NCBI GenBank assembly: GCA_045863235.1
Contig: BTUM01000050.1
Coordinates: forward strand, 1 to 59,172
Origin: Candidatus Xenobia bacterium
GTDB taxonomy: Bacteria > Vulcanimicrobiota > Xenobia > Xenobiales > QWHO01
DNA length: 59,172 nucleotides
Reading direction: 5' to 3'
The stretch's first letter is position 1; the number at the start of each line of letters is the position of its first letter. The translations under genes were made by a program, and so were the position numbers. The notes beneath the pieces are model-generated. The model saw nothing but the letters and a program-made list of their open reading frames with translations. It ran no database searches and was not told the DNA's origin. Positions 9,830 to 19,911 of this stretch are shown here, one piece after another.

Positions 9830-10435
9830 TTACTTCAGGTTCTGCTCCATCCATGTGAAGGGCAGATCGATGTTGAAGTACAGCTTCGTAGTCTGGGCAC
9901 TGCCCCCACGCTTTTTGACGGTCAGCACGTCGTAGTGATGTCCGTCTTCGTGCAGCAGGGCCTGCTCCACCACCTCGGCCTCCATCAAACGGGCCACGAC
10001 ATACTCTTCGCGAGGGCCGATGACGATCCAGGCGGTCTTTATGGAACGACCGTCGCCGTGCTTGACAATGGCTCCGAACAGACCGTCGAGCATGAAGGCG
10101 TGCTGCTTCTTGGCCGCCTCGTCCCCCAGCCCGCTGGCCGCTTCGTAGGCCAGGATGTGCCCATCCAGGTCGACGTAATTGCGCCCGAGGAGCGTGTCGG
10201 CGTGCTGGCGGGCCAGGGCGAAATCTTTGGACTGCAGGGCTTTGCCGGCTGCCTCCAGGGTTGCTGTATCGGTGGCGTAGGGGTCATACTCGGCAGTGCG
10301 GGTGTAGGCCAGCCTCAGGGCCGCGAAGTCGAGCGAGGAGTCCTGAGCACGGGCCTTGGCCAGCAGCTCGTCATAAGTCGGCTCGGCCCACACCAGGGTG
10401 GTCAGCAAGATCACCAGGGCCAGAACGCGTTTCAC
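9830..10435 (-). CDS. Secreted DUF4919-like protein
   Basis: Sec signal peptide; DFAALRLAY and GDGRSIKTAWIVIGPREEY...LYFNID motifs. Confidence 0.7.
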   Translation of the reverse strand: MKRVLALVILLTTLVWAEPTYDELLAKARAQDSSLDFAALRLAYTRTAEYDPYATDTATLEAAGKALQSKDFALARQHADTLLGRNYVDLDGHILAYEAASGLGDEAAKKQHAFMLDGLFGAIVKHGDGRSIKTAWIVIGPREEYVVARLMEAEVVEQALLHEDGHHYDVLTVKKRGGSAQTTKLYFNIDLPFTWMEQNLK

Positions 10436-10626
10436 GCCAGCACCAGGTTCTGTACCTGCTCGCTGTCGATCACCAGATAGCCATCCTCCTCGTCGTAAAA
10501 CAGCCAGGCCTCGCCATACTGGCGCACCTGGGCATTGGCCACCTGGTTGCCCTCGGCGTCCAGCACGCGATAGATCAGTGTGTCCAGGGACTCCCAGGCC
10601 TTCTTCAGCTCTTCCTGGCTTGGCAT
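10432..10626 (-). CDS. Small hypothetical protein
   Basis: 64 aa, GAGGAG RBS, stop overlaps the next start. Confidence 0.7.
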   Translation of the reverse strand: MPSQEELKKAWESLDTLIYRVLDAEGNQVANAQVRQYGEAWLFYDEEDGYLVIDSEQVQNLVLA

Positions 10627-10636
10627 CGATAACTCC

Positions 10637-11449
10637 TCAAGCGATCTGAACTCCGGTCAACAAAGCAAACAGGCGGATGCAGGCCGCCTCCATGGTTTTC
10701 TCCAGCTCCTGAGCCTTCTCAGGCGCGAGGCCGTAACCGCCGCCGCGCAGACAGATGGCCTTCTTGCCCGGCTCCACCGGGATGGCCTTGAGCTCGAGGT
10801 AGCCGTCGATCTCGTCCCAGCTGAGGGCCACCTCGTGGGTGGTGACGGCCAGGATCGTGCCTGACATCTTCTGGCCGTCGTCCAGCGTCACCGCGTACGG
10901 TTGGCCCACCGCCCCCCAGGTGATGTCCGAGCCAAGCCACTGGGAGAGCTTGTCCGGCTCGGTGAAGTGAGCCTTGATCTGCTCGTAGCCGAAAGGCGCG
11001 GCCAGCAAGGCGAAAAAGGTGGCCCGCTTGCGCCCGAAGTAACGCTCTACGTACAGCTTGAGCAGGGCCAGATTGAGATCCCAGGCCGACTCGCTCTCCA
11101 TGCGCTCTTCGGGCGAGCAGCCCTCGTGCACGGTCTCCTTGAGGCTCACGTTGGTCGTGACCCCGCGCCGCGTCAGGGTGACCCCCATGAACTGGTAGCC
11201 GATGCCGGGGATCTGGGCCCGCAACACCACTCGCTTGAGTCGCTCGACTTCCACGATGAAGTAGTCGATAGTGAAGCCGAAACGTGCCCAGGTCAGCTTG
11301 AGGGTGCTGCCCTGCGCCGGCCAGCCAGTAGCGGAGTCGCACAGCCACTGGCTCAGGCTCTCAGGATCGGTCCAGGCGTCCCACACAGTTTCCAGACTTG
11401 CGGTGGTGCGCATCTGGCGGTGGACGGGCAGCTGGTCGTCTTCTTCCAT
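10637..11449 (-). CDS. Tandem SRPBCC/AHSA1-domain protein
   Basis: ASLETVWDAWTDPESLSQW and a second FTEPDKLSQW; start MEEDD at 11449. Confidence 0.8.
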   Translation of the reverse strand: MEEDDQLPVHRQMRTTASLETVWDAWTDPESLSQWLCDSATGWPAQGSTLKLTWARFGFTIDYFIVEVERLKRVVLRAQIPGIGYQFMGVTLTRRGVTTNVSLKETVHEGCSPEERMESESAWDLNLALLKLYVERYFGRKRATFFALLAAPFGYEQIKAHFTEPDKLSQWLGSDITWGAVGQPYAVTLDDGQKMSGTILAVTTHEVALSWDEIDGYLELKAIPVEPGKKAICLRGGGYGLAPEKAQELEKTMEAACIRLFALLTGVQIA

Positions 11450-11507
11450 GGCGGCACACTTTGAGGGCCCGCGTAGGAACCCCTGCCCGAACGAGGAAGG
11501 CCCCGGC

Positions 11508-11876
11508 ATGGAAAGCGGAACCGTTTGCGACGCCAATATCGGTCCCGCCGGCAAGAAGTTTCGTCGCCGGCTGGGCTACTTTCTCCTGGGCCTCTCGGTC
11601 GGCATGGCCTTCACTTTTCCGCCCGGCAGCCCGTGGGTACTGACCAGCTTCTTCCCTCTCTATGGTGCCTGCCTTTGCATTCTCCAGGCCCGCCGCAACC
11701 TGTGCGTGCGCCTCGCCGAGCAGGGCCTGGCAGAGTCTCCCGAAGGGGGGACCACTCAACTCGATGAGGAGGTGGCTCTCCGGCTCAAGCACGCCGCCCG
11801 CAACCTGAGTGCCGAGGCGGGTCTCTGGGCGGCCCTGCTGGCCGGCCTGCTGTACGGAGTTCGCTGGTTGGCCTGA
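11508..11876 (+). CDS. Small conserved-type membrane protein (NIGPAG..RRR motif)
   Basis: GAGGA RBS; three hydrophobic segments; LQARRNLCV. Confidence 0.65.
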   Translation: MESGTVCDANIGPAGKKFRRRLGYFLLGLSVGMAFTFPPGSPWVLTSFFPLYGACLCILQARRNLCVRLAEQGLAESPEGGTTQLDEEVALRLKHAARNLSAEAGLWAALLAGLLYGVRWLA

Positions 11877-11976
11877 GCGCCCCGGCTCGGGCGAGCACCC
11901 GAGTGAGCCTGGTCCAAGCGACGATTTGTAACAGAACTTTCACGCCCGTAGCGGACCAGCCGACTAGACTCAGGGC

Positions 11977-13440
11977 GTGATCGCCACCGACCCCCGGTTC
12001 GCCCGGAGCTACCGGCCCAGCGAGCTGCTCGAGAATCCCCAGCGAGCGGCCGAGTTCGTGCGCGATTACGTCGACCACGAGGCGGACTACTTTCAGGCCG
12101 CCCGCGATCCCGACTCGGGCTTGACTTACGACGGATTTGACCTTGACCCGAAGAGCGGGGAATTGACGGACGTGCGCTTCTGGAGCGCTCCCTCCAAGGA
12201 GTGCCTGGACATGGGCGTCCTGATCAAGGCTCTGAACGGGAACGAGCTGGCCACGCGTCTGGTCTCGCCCGAGCAGGCAGCCCGAATCCTGGCCCAGAAG
12301 CTTAACAGCTACGAGGCCTTCCAGCGCCAGCAGCCGGGTTACGGCGGCTTTCTGCCCTGGTTCTACGGGGGCCCCGGCCTGCACCCCACGCCCGACTGGC
12401 AGGGCGACGCTCCCGGCCTGGACAACGGCGAGTGGGTGTGGACCATGCTGGTGGCAGAAAAGGCGCTCAAGGACAGCGGCCACACCGAGTTGGCTCAGCG
12501 CTACGCGGCTTACAACCAGCGCCTGCAGGAGAACGTGGTCAAGATGTTCTTCGACCCCGAGGCCAGCAAAGTGCGCGGCGACGTGCGCATCGCCGATCCA
12601 TGGTCAGCCGACACCACCTACCACACCAATCATGGCGTTCCCGGCCGGGCCGACTATCTCAGCGGAGAGCACGGGGTGCACGAGGGCATGATGCTGGTGC
12701 TCTACCTGACGCTGTTCGGCCAGGGCCTGCCCGAGGGCGCTGCCGAGCGCATCTGGGACGGAATCGCCATGAAGCGGGTCGAGCACCCGGCTGGCACGAC
12801 CTGGGAAGGCTTCTGGGCCTCGGCTCACGAGTCGTGGGCCTACCTCTTCCTGCCCCTGCGTGACATAGACGGCTACCGTCAGCTCTTCCGGGTGCGCGAG
12901 CAGATCCGCACCCAGAATGCCGATCAGCGCGACTATCCCGGCTTTGCCACCTCGGCCAACGAGCCGGGCCGGGACGGCTACATCGACGGGGCCGGCATCG
13001 AGAACATCGCCAGCCAGCCGATCCGCAACAACCACACCTATGCCATCTACGGCGCCTTTCCGCTGCTGCTGGAGTTCGCCGGCAAGTCCGGGCCCAACCC
13101 CGGCCTGGTGTGGCTGCACAACATGCTGCTCGGGCCGCAGATGCAAGGTCCGGCCGGGGGAGGCGAAGCGGGCACCAACGATGGTCGCCTGGCCTCCCAC
13201 GTCAAGACAGTGGACGGGACCTTCCCAAACCTGCTGGCCCTGATGGGCGGCATCGAACGCGAGACTGCCGAGATGCTGCGCGAGAAAGGATTGTACGAGC
13301 GATTCCGGGCCGTCATGCAGGCCGAGTTCGACGAGACCTTCGCCGCCGCGCCGCTACGCGAGAGCGGCAGCTACGCTCTCCCGGACGTGAGCATCCCCCA
13401 GGAGCTGCCCCCCTATGAGAGCTGGAATCTTACTCCTTAG
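11977..13440 (+). CDS. Endo-beta-1,2-glucanase-like protein (fungal SGL / GH162-type)
   Basis: Motifs WSAPSKE, YGGFLPWF, PGLDNGE, SAHESWAYL, YGAFP, WLHNMLLGPQMQGP resemble fungal SGL as I recall it; start uncertain. Confidence 0.65.
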   Translation: MIATDPRFARSYRPSELLENPQRAAEFVRDYVDHEADYFQAARDPDSGLTYDGFDLDPKSGELTDVRFWSAPSKECLDMGVLIKALNGNELATRLVSPEQAARILAQKLNSYEAFQRQQPGYGGFLPWFYGGPGLHPTPDWQGDAPGLDNGEWVWTMLVAEKALKDSGHTELAQRYAAYNQRLQENVVKMFFDPEASKVRGDVRIADPWSADTTYHTNHGVPGRADYLSGEHGVHEGMMLVLYLTLFGQGLPEGAAERIWDGIAMKRVEHPAGTTWEGFWASAHESWAYLFLPLRDIDGYRQLFRVREQIRTQNADQRDYPGFATSANEPGRDGYIDGAGIENIASQPIRNNHTYAIYGAFPLLLEFAGKSGPNPGLVWLHNMLLGPQMQGPAGGGEAGTNDGRLASHVKTVDGTFPNLLALMGGIERETAEMLREKGLYERFRAVMQAEFDETFAAAPLRESGSYALPDVSIPQELPPYESWNLTP

Positions 13441-14410
13441 CGCCGTCTTGATCGGATGCTCGCCGACTGCCCCGCCTTCCCCCTGGAAGGTGGAGACCCG
13501 GCTGCGCCAGTCGGAGAAGTTCCCTATCCACCTCATGCAGGTGGCCAGCTCTCCCTGCCTGGCGGTGGGAGGAAGTTGGGACTTCAAGCAATCGGGAGTG
13601 GTTGCCCTGCGCTCCGAAGAGGGGAAGTGGGCCTTTCACCCGCCCGAGATCGCCATCGATGCCATGCCCTACATTCTGAACGACGTCTCTTTCCCCGACC
13701 CGTCCACCGGCTGGGCGGCGGGCGACCGGGGGGTCGTTCTGATCACCACCGACGCTGGCCGGACCTGGAAGCAGCAGCGCCGGGGGAAGATCTATGAGCA
13801 CCTGCACGGAATCTGGTTCACCGACCGATCTCGCGGCTTCATAGCTGGCCCGGAGGGCCTCCATCGCACCACGGACGGCGGTGAGAGCTGGGCCCGGTCG
13901 GGTCGGGGCGACCTTTACGACGTCTGTTTCTCGGATGAGCAGCACGGCTGGGCGGTCGGCAATTTTCCGGCAGCACTGCAATCGGCCGACGCTGGGGCCA
14001 GCTGGCGCCCCCTGGCGCTGCCCGGCCACCGCCAGTACGACTGGCTGGTCAGCGTGCGCTTCTCCGACCCGCAACACGGCGCTGTGGCGGGATTCAACGA
14101 CGGACGCCAGATCGGCAGCCTGGAGCCAGGAGATGGGGCGATTGTCTACCTTACCCAGGACGGGGGGCTGACCTGGACGCGGCGAGGCGGGGAGTTGCCC
14201 GTGCGCCTGACCGACGTCTGGTTCCAGGACGCGAAGAAGGGCTGGGTGTGCGGCGAGAGCCGACCCGACGGGCGAGGCGTGATCTATGAGACCCGGGACG
14301 GAGGCGAGACCTGGAGCCAGGTGCCGCTCGAGCTCGAGGGCCTCCCCACATGCCTCAACGCCGGCTGGGGCTGCACCGACAAGGGGGAGCTTCTGCGCCT
14401 GAGCCAGTGA
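13415..14410 (+). CDS. YCF48-like BNR/Asp-box beta-propeller lipoprotein
   Basis: Lipobox LIGC; repeated TTDAGRTW, TTDGGESW, SADAGASW, TQDGGLTW, TRDGGETW. Confidence 0.85.
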   Translation: MRAGILLLSAVLIGCSPTAPPSPWKVETRLRQSEKFPIHLMQVASSPCLAVGGSWDFKQSGVVALRSEEGKWAFHPPEIAIDAMPYILNDVSFPDPSTGWAAGDRGVVLITTDAGRTWKQQRRGKIYEHLHGIWFTDRSRGFIAGPEGLHRTTDGGESWARSGRGDLYDVCFSDEQHGWAVGNFPAALQSADAGASWRPLALPGHRQYDWLVSVRFSDPQHGAVAGFNDGRQIGSLEPGDGAIVYLTQDGGLTWTRRGGELPVRLTDVWFQDAKKGWVCGESRPDGRGVIYETRDGGETWSQVPLELEGLPTCLNAGWGCTDKGELLRLSQ

Positions 14411-14419
14411 GCCGGCCTG

Positions 14420-14995
14420 TCAGCCCTTCCATCGCCAGATCAGCAGGATGATCCCCGCCACCACGACCGCCGCCAGCGGCAGGATCCAGGCCCCCTGGCC
14501 GCCCCCCTTGCCGAGCGACTCATACGCCTTGGCCTGGCTCCACTGAAAGGCCTGCTCGGGCTCGGAGAGGGGAAACGTGCTGCGCCCCTCGATGCGCGAC
14601 AACCTGGCCAGGGCGCCCAGGTTGATCTGGGCCTTCTCGCGCGGGGAGGGCTCGGGGATAGGGTTGTCCTCCTCGTCGAGGGCGCGTTGGGTGTAGATCA
14701 GGGTGTCGGGTCCGGCCTGGAGCAGGAGGTGGAAGTAGTGGGCGGCCTTCTCGTCGCCCTCCCGGGTGGTATAGTCCATGTCGAAGCGGGTTACACTCGA
14801 AAGCGGCAGCCGCACTTGCTCGCCGTGCAGGTTGGTGCCCTCCACCCAGCCCTGCGCGAAGTCGAAGACCAGCTCCTCGGGGTTGCGATAGGAGGCCACC
14901 GTAACCACGTCTGCGTCGCGTCGAGCCTCGCTGAAGAAGGCTTCTCGTCCTTCGCGGCGCTCGGTTTCAGAGATCAAGCTTCCTGGCTGTGGCAT
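14420..14995 (-). CDS. Hypothetical protein with C-terminal TM anchor
   Basis: Start uncertain (MPQPG at 14995); ends WILPLAAVVVAGIILLIWRWKG. Confidence 0.65.
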   Translation of the reverse strand: MPQPGSLISETERREGREAFFSEARRDADVVTVASYRNPEELVFDFAQGWVEGTNLHGEQVRLPLSSVTRFDMDYTTREGDEKAAHYFHLLLQAGPDTLIYTQRALDEEDNPIPEPSPREKAQINLGALARLSRIEGRSTFPLSEPEQAFQWSQAKAYESLGKGGGQGAWILPLAAVVVAGIILLIWRWKG

Positions 14996-15041
14996 TGCGG
15001 GGGCTTCGCGAGCCCCTGGCCCGCCCCCCTGCATGAGACGG

Positions 15042-16094
15042 TCATGCCGCATGCCGCACCAGCAAGGCGCAGGCATCGTCTCGCTGGACGCTCTCCCGAC
15101 TGAAGTCGCGGAGTGCCTGAAAGAGGCTGGAGAGGGGATCGCTCCCAACGCGAATGGCCTCGTGCAATACCTCCACCAGCCGCTCCTCCCCAAAGAGCTC
15201 ACTATCTGGCCCGACCCACTCGAGCACACCGTCCGAGACAGCCAGAAACAGATCCCCCGGTGCAAGGACGCACTGCTGAGATTGAAACGAATAGTCAGTG
15301 AAGATCCCAAGAGGAGGCTCAGCCTCTTCCAGCAGCTCGACCGCATCGGTCCGGGCGCGATACATGAGGTGGGGAGCCAACCCGCAGGAGATGAGCTCGA
15401 GTGTGCCGGTCTGGCAGTCGAGAATCGCCGGGCAGGCGGCTACGAATCGCTCTGGGCCAGTGTTTTCGGCCAGCAGGCGATTGAGCAAGCCGACCCGTTC
15501 GGAAAGCGTTCCAGAGCCCCGGGAAATGGCCCGCCAGATGGCCCGGCACTCCGATACGAGCAGAGTGGATCCCAGCCCGTGGCCTACCGCATCCGCCAGC
15601 AGCAAACTCACCTGCCCGGGGCTAGAACGGGTATAGCCAAAGCAATCGCCGCCCAATCGGTCGGCGGCCTGCAGCCGCCCCGAGATGGCAAAACTCCCGG
15701 CTGTGAGAGGACCGCGGGGCAGCATCTCCATAAGGATCTGGCGCGCCAGGGCGACCTCTCCCAGCAGGACCTCACGCTCCCGGGCAAGTCGCATGAGTTG
15801 CGCTCTGCGCAGGGCCATGGCAGCAACCAAAGCCAGTGCCTCGGCCGCTCTGCCCGAATCAGACACAGGGTCGCAACTGGCGATTACGTGCCCCACGGTC
15901 ATCCCATCGGCAGAGGTGAGAGGAATCTGGAGGGGGTACTCGGTTTGCGGCTCGTCTGGTCCGACCAGCAGTCGCACGTCCTGGCATGGGAGCAGCCTCG
16001 TGGCAAGCTGCTCGAAAGCCGAGATCAACTGATCGAGACTTCGACAATTGGCAAAGACCGTCAGAAACTCGAGAATCGGGCCCGTGTCGCTCAT
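15042..16094 (-). CDS. PP2C/SpoIIE (RsbU-like) phosphatase with degenerate GAF-like N-terminus
   Basis: LGGDCF, LLADAVGHG, VSDGVLE, QRDDAC. Confidence 0.9.
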   Translation of the reverse strand: MSDTGPILEFLTVFANCRSLDQLISAFEQLATRLLPCQDVRLLVGPDEPQTEYPLQIPLTSADGMTVGHVIASCDPVSDSGRAAEALALVAAMALRRAQLMRLAREREVLLGEVALARQILMEMLPRGPLTAGSFAISGRLQAADRLGGDCFGYTRSSPGQVSLLLADAVGHGLGSTLLVSECRAIWRAISRGSGTLSERVGLLNRLLAENTGPERFVAACPAILDCQTGTLELISCGLAPHLMYRARTDAVELLEEAEPPLGIFTDYSFQSQQCVLAPGDLFLAVSDGVLEWVGPDSELFGEERLVEVLHEAIRVGSDPLSSLFQALRDFSRESVQRDDACALLVRHAA

Positions 16095-16138
16095 CAGGGG
16101 CCACCAGCCACGCATAGGGTCTGGTTGACAGGGCGCTC

Positions 16139-16384
16139 ATGAATGTGAACCGTGCGCCGCGAGAAGGTGCCGATACCCGTTTCGGTCAGTACCTCGTAAA
16201 CCCGAATGGTAAGCTCGCTTTGAACGTTGACCCGGCGCTCAAAGGCTTGTATCCGGGCGTTCACAGGGAAGTCCAGCGAGCTCTCGCCAAAACCGAGGAA
16301 GATCACCTTCACAGTAATCTCTTCCGTGCGGGATCCCCCCGTCCTCCCCAAAGTATCTTCAGGGTTCGGTCGGCAGCACCGTAG
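16139..16384 (+). CDS. Possible small hypothetical protein
   Basis: 81-aa ORF MNVNRAP... in a gap; a competing minus-strand ORF 16094..16351 also exists. Confidence 0.3.
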   Translation: MNVNRAPREGADTRFGQYLVNPNGKLALNVDPALKGLYPGVHREVQRALAKTEEDHLHSNLFRAGSPRPPQSIFRVRSAAP

Positions 16385-18029
16385 CGCCCAGTCGGTTGTC
16401 GACCCGGAGCCTGACGGGAATCCCCAGGTCCTCCCCCAGCTTCTCCTGCCAGGTCGCTACCAGGGCAGGGCTCAGAGGGCGCACGGTTCGGACCGTCGCC
16501 TCGACCTCGAGGACTTCCCCCAGAGCCGCTCCGTCAGGCGTTTCCAGAGGCACCGGCGTTGGGCCGGGGGAGCCGTCGAGAGCGGTGGGCGGCCCCAGCT
16601 TGAACGAGGACGAGATCAGCAGGCTGCCGGGCAACCCCGCCACCAGGGCCATCAGCTCGAGGTCGAGCCGGCGTCTGAGGTCCTCTCTTCGAATCTGGTC
16701 GGTGTTGGCCCGATGCTCCACCACAGACTCCACCGGGCCGGTAGCAGTAAAGTCGCGGCTGAGCACCGTGCGCACTACAAGCTCTAGCTTCTCCCTTCGG
16801 CCCAGCCCCGTCGCGACCGAGGACTGCAATCGGTCGACCAACTGAGCGTCGAACTCGTAGGCGCTGCGCACGGTGACGAGAGCCTGAATGTTTCCTGGAG
16901 AGGAGTCGAGCAGGCGAAACGAGACCAGATCGGCGCCGGGGAACTCGGCCAGGGAGACCACCAGGCTACGGTCGAGTTCCTGCAACAAAAGCTCCTGGGG
17001 ACTGGGAAGCTCATGCTCCGGGGTAAAGAGTCGGCCCTTGGAGGAATAGTAGGTGGAGAGAATGGTTCCCAACACCAGCTCTACCTCTCCGGCCAGCTCC
17101 GAATCGAGCAGTTCTCGAAGTCGCGCCACCTGGCCTGAAGGGATCTCCTGGGGAGAGCGCACGACCAGCTTGACCACGGTGCGCGGCCCCCGGCGGACCA
17201 CCTCGAGCGACTCCAGCCCGACCCCGGGCACGCGCGCCAGTTCGGCCTGCAGCAAGTTTCGAGTCTGCCGCTCGAGCCGACGATGCTGCATCACCGAATC
17301 GAGCTGGCCCCAGAGGAAGTACAGGGTGGCGGCGAGCAGCAAGAGTTGCACCCAGATGCCTCCCAGGAGGCCTCGTGAGCGATGCACGTGGCGAAGGCTG
17401 CCCAGGCCGGCCAGCGCGAAGACTGTGGCTGAAGCCAGCTCGATGGTCAGAAAGTTGGCCAAAAAGAGCACGAAGCTGCCGACCGGAACAGACCAGCTTG
17501 CGTTCCCCTGCCATACACCCGCCAACCCGAGCCCGGTGACCGAGAGAGGGGGCACCAGGGCCACGGCGATTGCCACTCCGGCGATGGAGTTGCTCACCCG
17601 ACGGTTGACCGAAGCATAGCCCCCGGCCAGCCCGGCCGCCAGGCCCACCATCATGTCGTAGAGCGTCGGGCGGGTGCGCCCGGCAATCTCGCTCTGGCTA
17701 TAGTCGATATTCTCAGGGCCGGCCAGCAAGGCCACCACCGCGGCCGTGAGCAGGCACAACAGCACGCCCAAAACCTCAGCCTGGAGGGCCCGACCGAACC
17801 GGTCCATGCGACCGAGCACCAGCGACAGCGCCAGACCCAGGATCGGGCCCATGAGCGGCGCCACGATCATCGCTCCGATCACCGTGGCGGTGGAGTTCGA
17901 AAGCAAACCGTAACTTGCGATCAGGGTGGAAAGCACCATCAGAATCAGAAAGGGCCGGGTGGGACCGGCCGCCTCGTCGATGCAGCGCTCGACCTCGGCT
18001 TGCTCGTCAGTGGTCAGGCGGAGGGGCAT
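16359..18029 (-). CDS. DUF389 (TIGR00341-like) membrane protein with extended C-terminal domains
   Basis: NSTATVIGAMIVAPLMGPI, GVAIAVALVPPL, LFLANF. Confidence 0.9.
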   Translation of the reverse strand: MPLRLTTDEQAEVERCIDEAAGPTRPFLILMVLSTLIASYGLLSNSTATVIGAMIVAPLMGPILGLALSLVLGRMDRFGRALQAEVLGVLLCLLTAAVVALLAGPENIDYSQSEIAGRTRPTLYDMMVGLAAGLAGGYASVNRRVSNSIAGVAIAVALVPPLSVTGLGLAGVWQGNASWSVPVGSFVLFLANFLTIELASATVFALAGLGSLRHVHRSRGLLGGIWVQLLLLAATLYFLWGQLDSVMQHRRLERQTRNLLQAELARVPGVGLESLEVVRRGPRTVVKLVVRSPQEIPSGQVARLRELLDSELAGEVELVLGTILSTYYSSKGRLFTPEHELPSPQELLLQELDRSLVVSLAEFPGADLVSFRLLDSSPGNIQALVTVRSAYEFDAQLVDRLQSSVATGLGRREKLELVVRTVLSRDFTATGPVESVVEHRANTDQIRREDLRRRLDLELMALVAGLPGSLLISSSFKLGPPTALDGSPGPTPVPLETPDGAALGEVLEVEATVRTVRPLSPALVATWQEKLGEDLGIPVRLRVDNRLGATVLPTEP

Positions 18030-18103
18030 CCGAAGTCATTCTCATGGTGGACTCGATGCCCTGTTTGCAGTTTTTTTGAGCCCCCCTTGCTAGGCTGTCG
18101 AGC

Positions 18104-18952
18104 ATGGACGTCAACTACCCACCGGGCGCCTACCGCTTTCAGGACGACTTCTACAACGTCCGTCCCGAGCCGAAAGAGCTTCGCGGCGCCGTCTTCTTGC
18201 AGCGGCCCGACGGCACGGTCGAGCGCCAGAGAGGACCGCGCTTGCCGGAGGAAGCGGTGCGCGACAACCGGGTCATCGTCTATGTGGACGGCATCCACCA
18301 GAGCTTGCAAGAGCAGCAACGCCAGATCCGCGAGCTGATGTCGGATATGGGCCAGAGCGTGGTAGGAGTGCACGAGGGGAGCGGCACCACCATCCTCCAC
18401 GACAGCCAGCGCCAGGCCAAGAACCTGGTCTATCTCAAGAGCATCCAGACCGACCTGGAAGACTCCTCCAGCCTGCGCAGCCGCATCTTCTCCAACGACA
18501 AGGCGGTGAAGTCGGTCTACAACCTGCTGCGCCAGGGCCTGGACGCGGGGCGCGACATCACCCTGGTGACCCACTCGGGTGGCGGCATCGAGGCCGCTCT
18601 GGCCCTGCACATGCTGGCCGAGAAGGGCTACGGACAGAAGATCGAGAGCCAGTTGCGGGTGCTGTCGCTGGCCTCGGGGGTGTCGCCGGAAGACTTCACC
18701 ACGGCCGGCGTCAAGCAAGAACACCTCTACTACACCGGCAGCGACGCCGACCTGGCCTTCCAACTGGCTCGCCACTTCCTGCCCGTGGCCGTGCCCGGGG
18801 CCCTGGGCGGAGCCCTCAGCTGGCTGCTCGAACGCCCAACCGAGGAAGTGCTGGCCCACTCGCCCGACTACCTCTTCGAAGCCAACGGCAAGACGACGCT
18901 GGAGAACTTCATGACCGGCCGCTCGCCGGGCAAATTCGTGGAGGTGCCCTGA
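18104..18952 (+). CDS. Alpha/beta-hydrolase-like protein
   Basis: VIVYVDGI, nucleophile elbow LVTHSGGG, later D and H (DADL, AHSP). TAGGCT box 7 nt before the ATG. Confidence 0.7.
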   Translation: MDVNYPPGAYRFQDDFYNVRPEPKELRGAVFLQRPDGTVERQRGPRLPEEAVRDNRVIVYVDGIHQSLQEQQRQIRELMSDMGQSVVGVHEGSGTTILHDSQRQAKNLVYLKSIQTDLEDSSSLRSRIFSNDKAVKSVYNLLRQGLDAGRDITLVTHSGGGIEAALALHMLAEKGYGQKIESQLRVLSLASGVSPEDFTTAGVKQEHLYYTGSDADLAFQLARHFLPVAVPGALGGALSWLLERPTEEVLAHSPDYLFEANGKTTLENFMTGRSPGKFVEVP

Positions 18953-18954
18953 AG

Positions 18955-19911
18955 ATGCAGGTGCTCTCCACCCCCCGAGCCGAGGTGGTCCGGATGATTC
19001 GCGAGCGGGCCGACAAGAGCGCCGATCCGGCCACCACCCGCTATCACGCCGACCTGATCGACAAGCTCCCCGGCGAGACGCTGGGCGACACCCTCTATCA
19101 GACCCAGCTCGAGCGCCAGCAACTCTTGCAGACTCGCCATCGGTGCGTGGCCGCCGGACTGGGCCTGTTCGCCGTGGCCGCGGTCAACGCCGTGCTCAGC
19201 GCCGGAGGGCCCACCTCCGGGTGGGTGACCGCCCTGCAATTCGGGGCCACCTTCGGCGGAGCCGCTCTGGTGGCCAAAGGCGGCATGACCGGAGACAAGG
19301 TCGACCGTACCTGGCACAAGCAGGCGGTGCTCACCCACTGGAGCCAGCAGCTGCGCCACGAGGGCGCGCTTCCCTCCGGCCAGGGCGAGTTGGCCCGTAA
19401 GCTGGCCGGGGGGGACAGCACGGCGACCAAAGCCGAGCTGATCGAGCTGCTCGAGAGCGTCAAGCAGGGCCTCACAGGCCATCCCGGGGCGCAAAAACAG
19501 ATCGAAGAAGACCTCAAGCGGGTGCGTGGGGCCGTGGGCGAGACCCTGGATAGCATGCGGGCCGCTTCCGAGCTTCAGGGCAAGAAGATGCGCGACCGCT
19601 CCATGTGGCTCTTCGGCGGCGGTGCGGTCAACATGCTGGCCCTGATGGTCACGGCCAAGCTCGCCCCCGGCGTGGGCATCGCCAACTCGGTCTTGATGAG
19701 CGGGCTCTTTGGGGCGGGCGTCTTCTTGCAGGACAAGAGCGACCAGCAGGCCCTGCTGCGCGACACCCTGGACCGCTGGGAGCTGCAACTGAACGAGCTG
19801 AAAGAGGTGGGCAAGCTGGGCTCGAGCCCGGACGGCGCCAGCGGCCTGGAGGTGCGCCAGGGCTCGGTCGTGGTGGGCGGGGTGCGGGTCCCGGTCAAGG
19901 TGCGCGGTTGA
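18955..19911 (+). CDS. Internally duplicated protein with two hydrophobic hairpins and shared C-terminal motif (SVVVGGVRVPVK)
   Basis: Two ~140-aa halves (RAEVVRMI..PGETLG / KAELIELL..VGETLD), each followed by a TM pair. Confidence 0.8.
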   Translation: MQVLSTPRAEVVRMIRERADKSADPATTRYHADLIDKLPGETLGDTLYQTQLERQQLLQTRHRCVAAGLGLFAVAAVNAVLSAGGPTSGWVTALQFGATFGGAALVAKGGMTGDKVDRTWHKQAVLTHWSQQLRHEGALPSGQGELARKLAGGDSTATKAELIELLESVKQGLTGHPGAQKQIEEDLKRVRGAVGETLDSMRAASELQGKKMRDRSMWLFGGGAVNMLALMVTAKLAPGVGIANSVLMSGLFGAGVFLQDKSDQQALLRDTLDRWELQLNELKEVGKLGSSPDGASGLEVRQGSVVVGGVRVPVKVRG

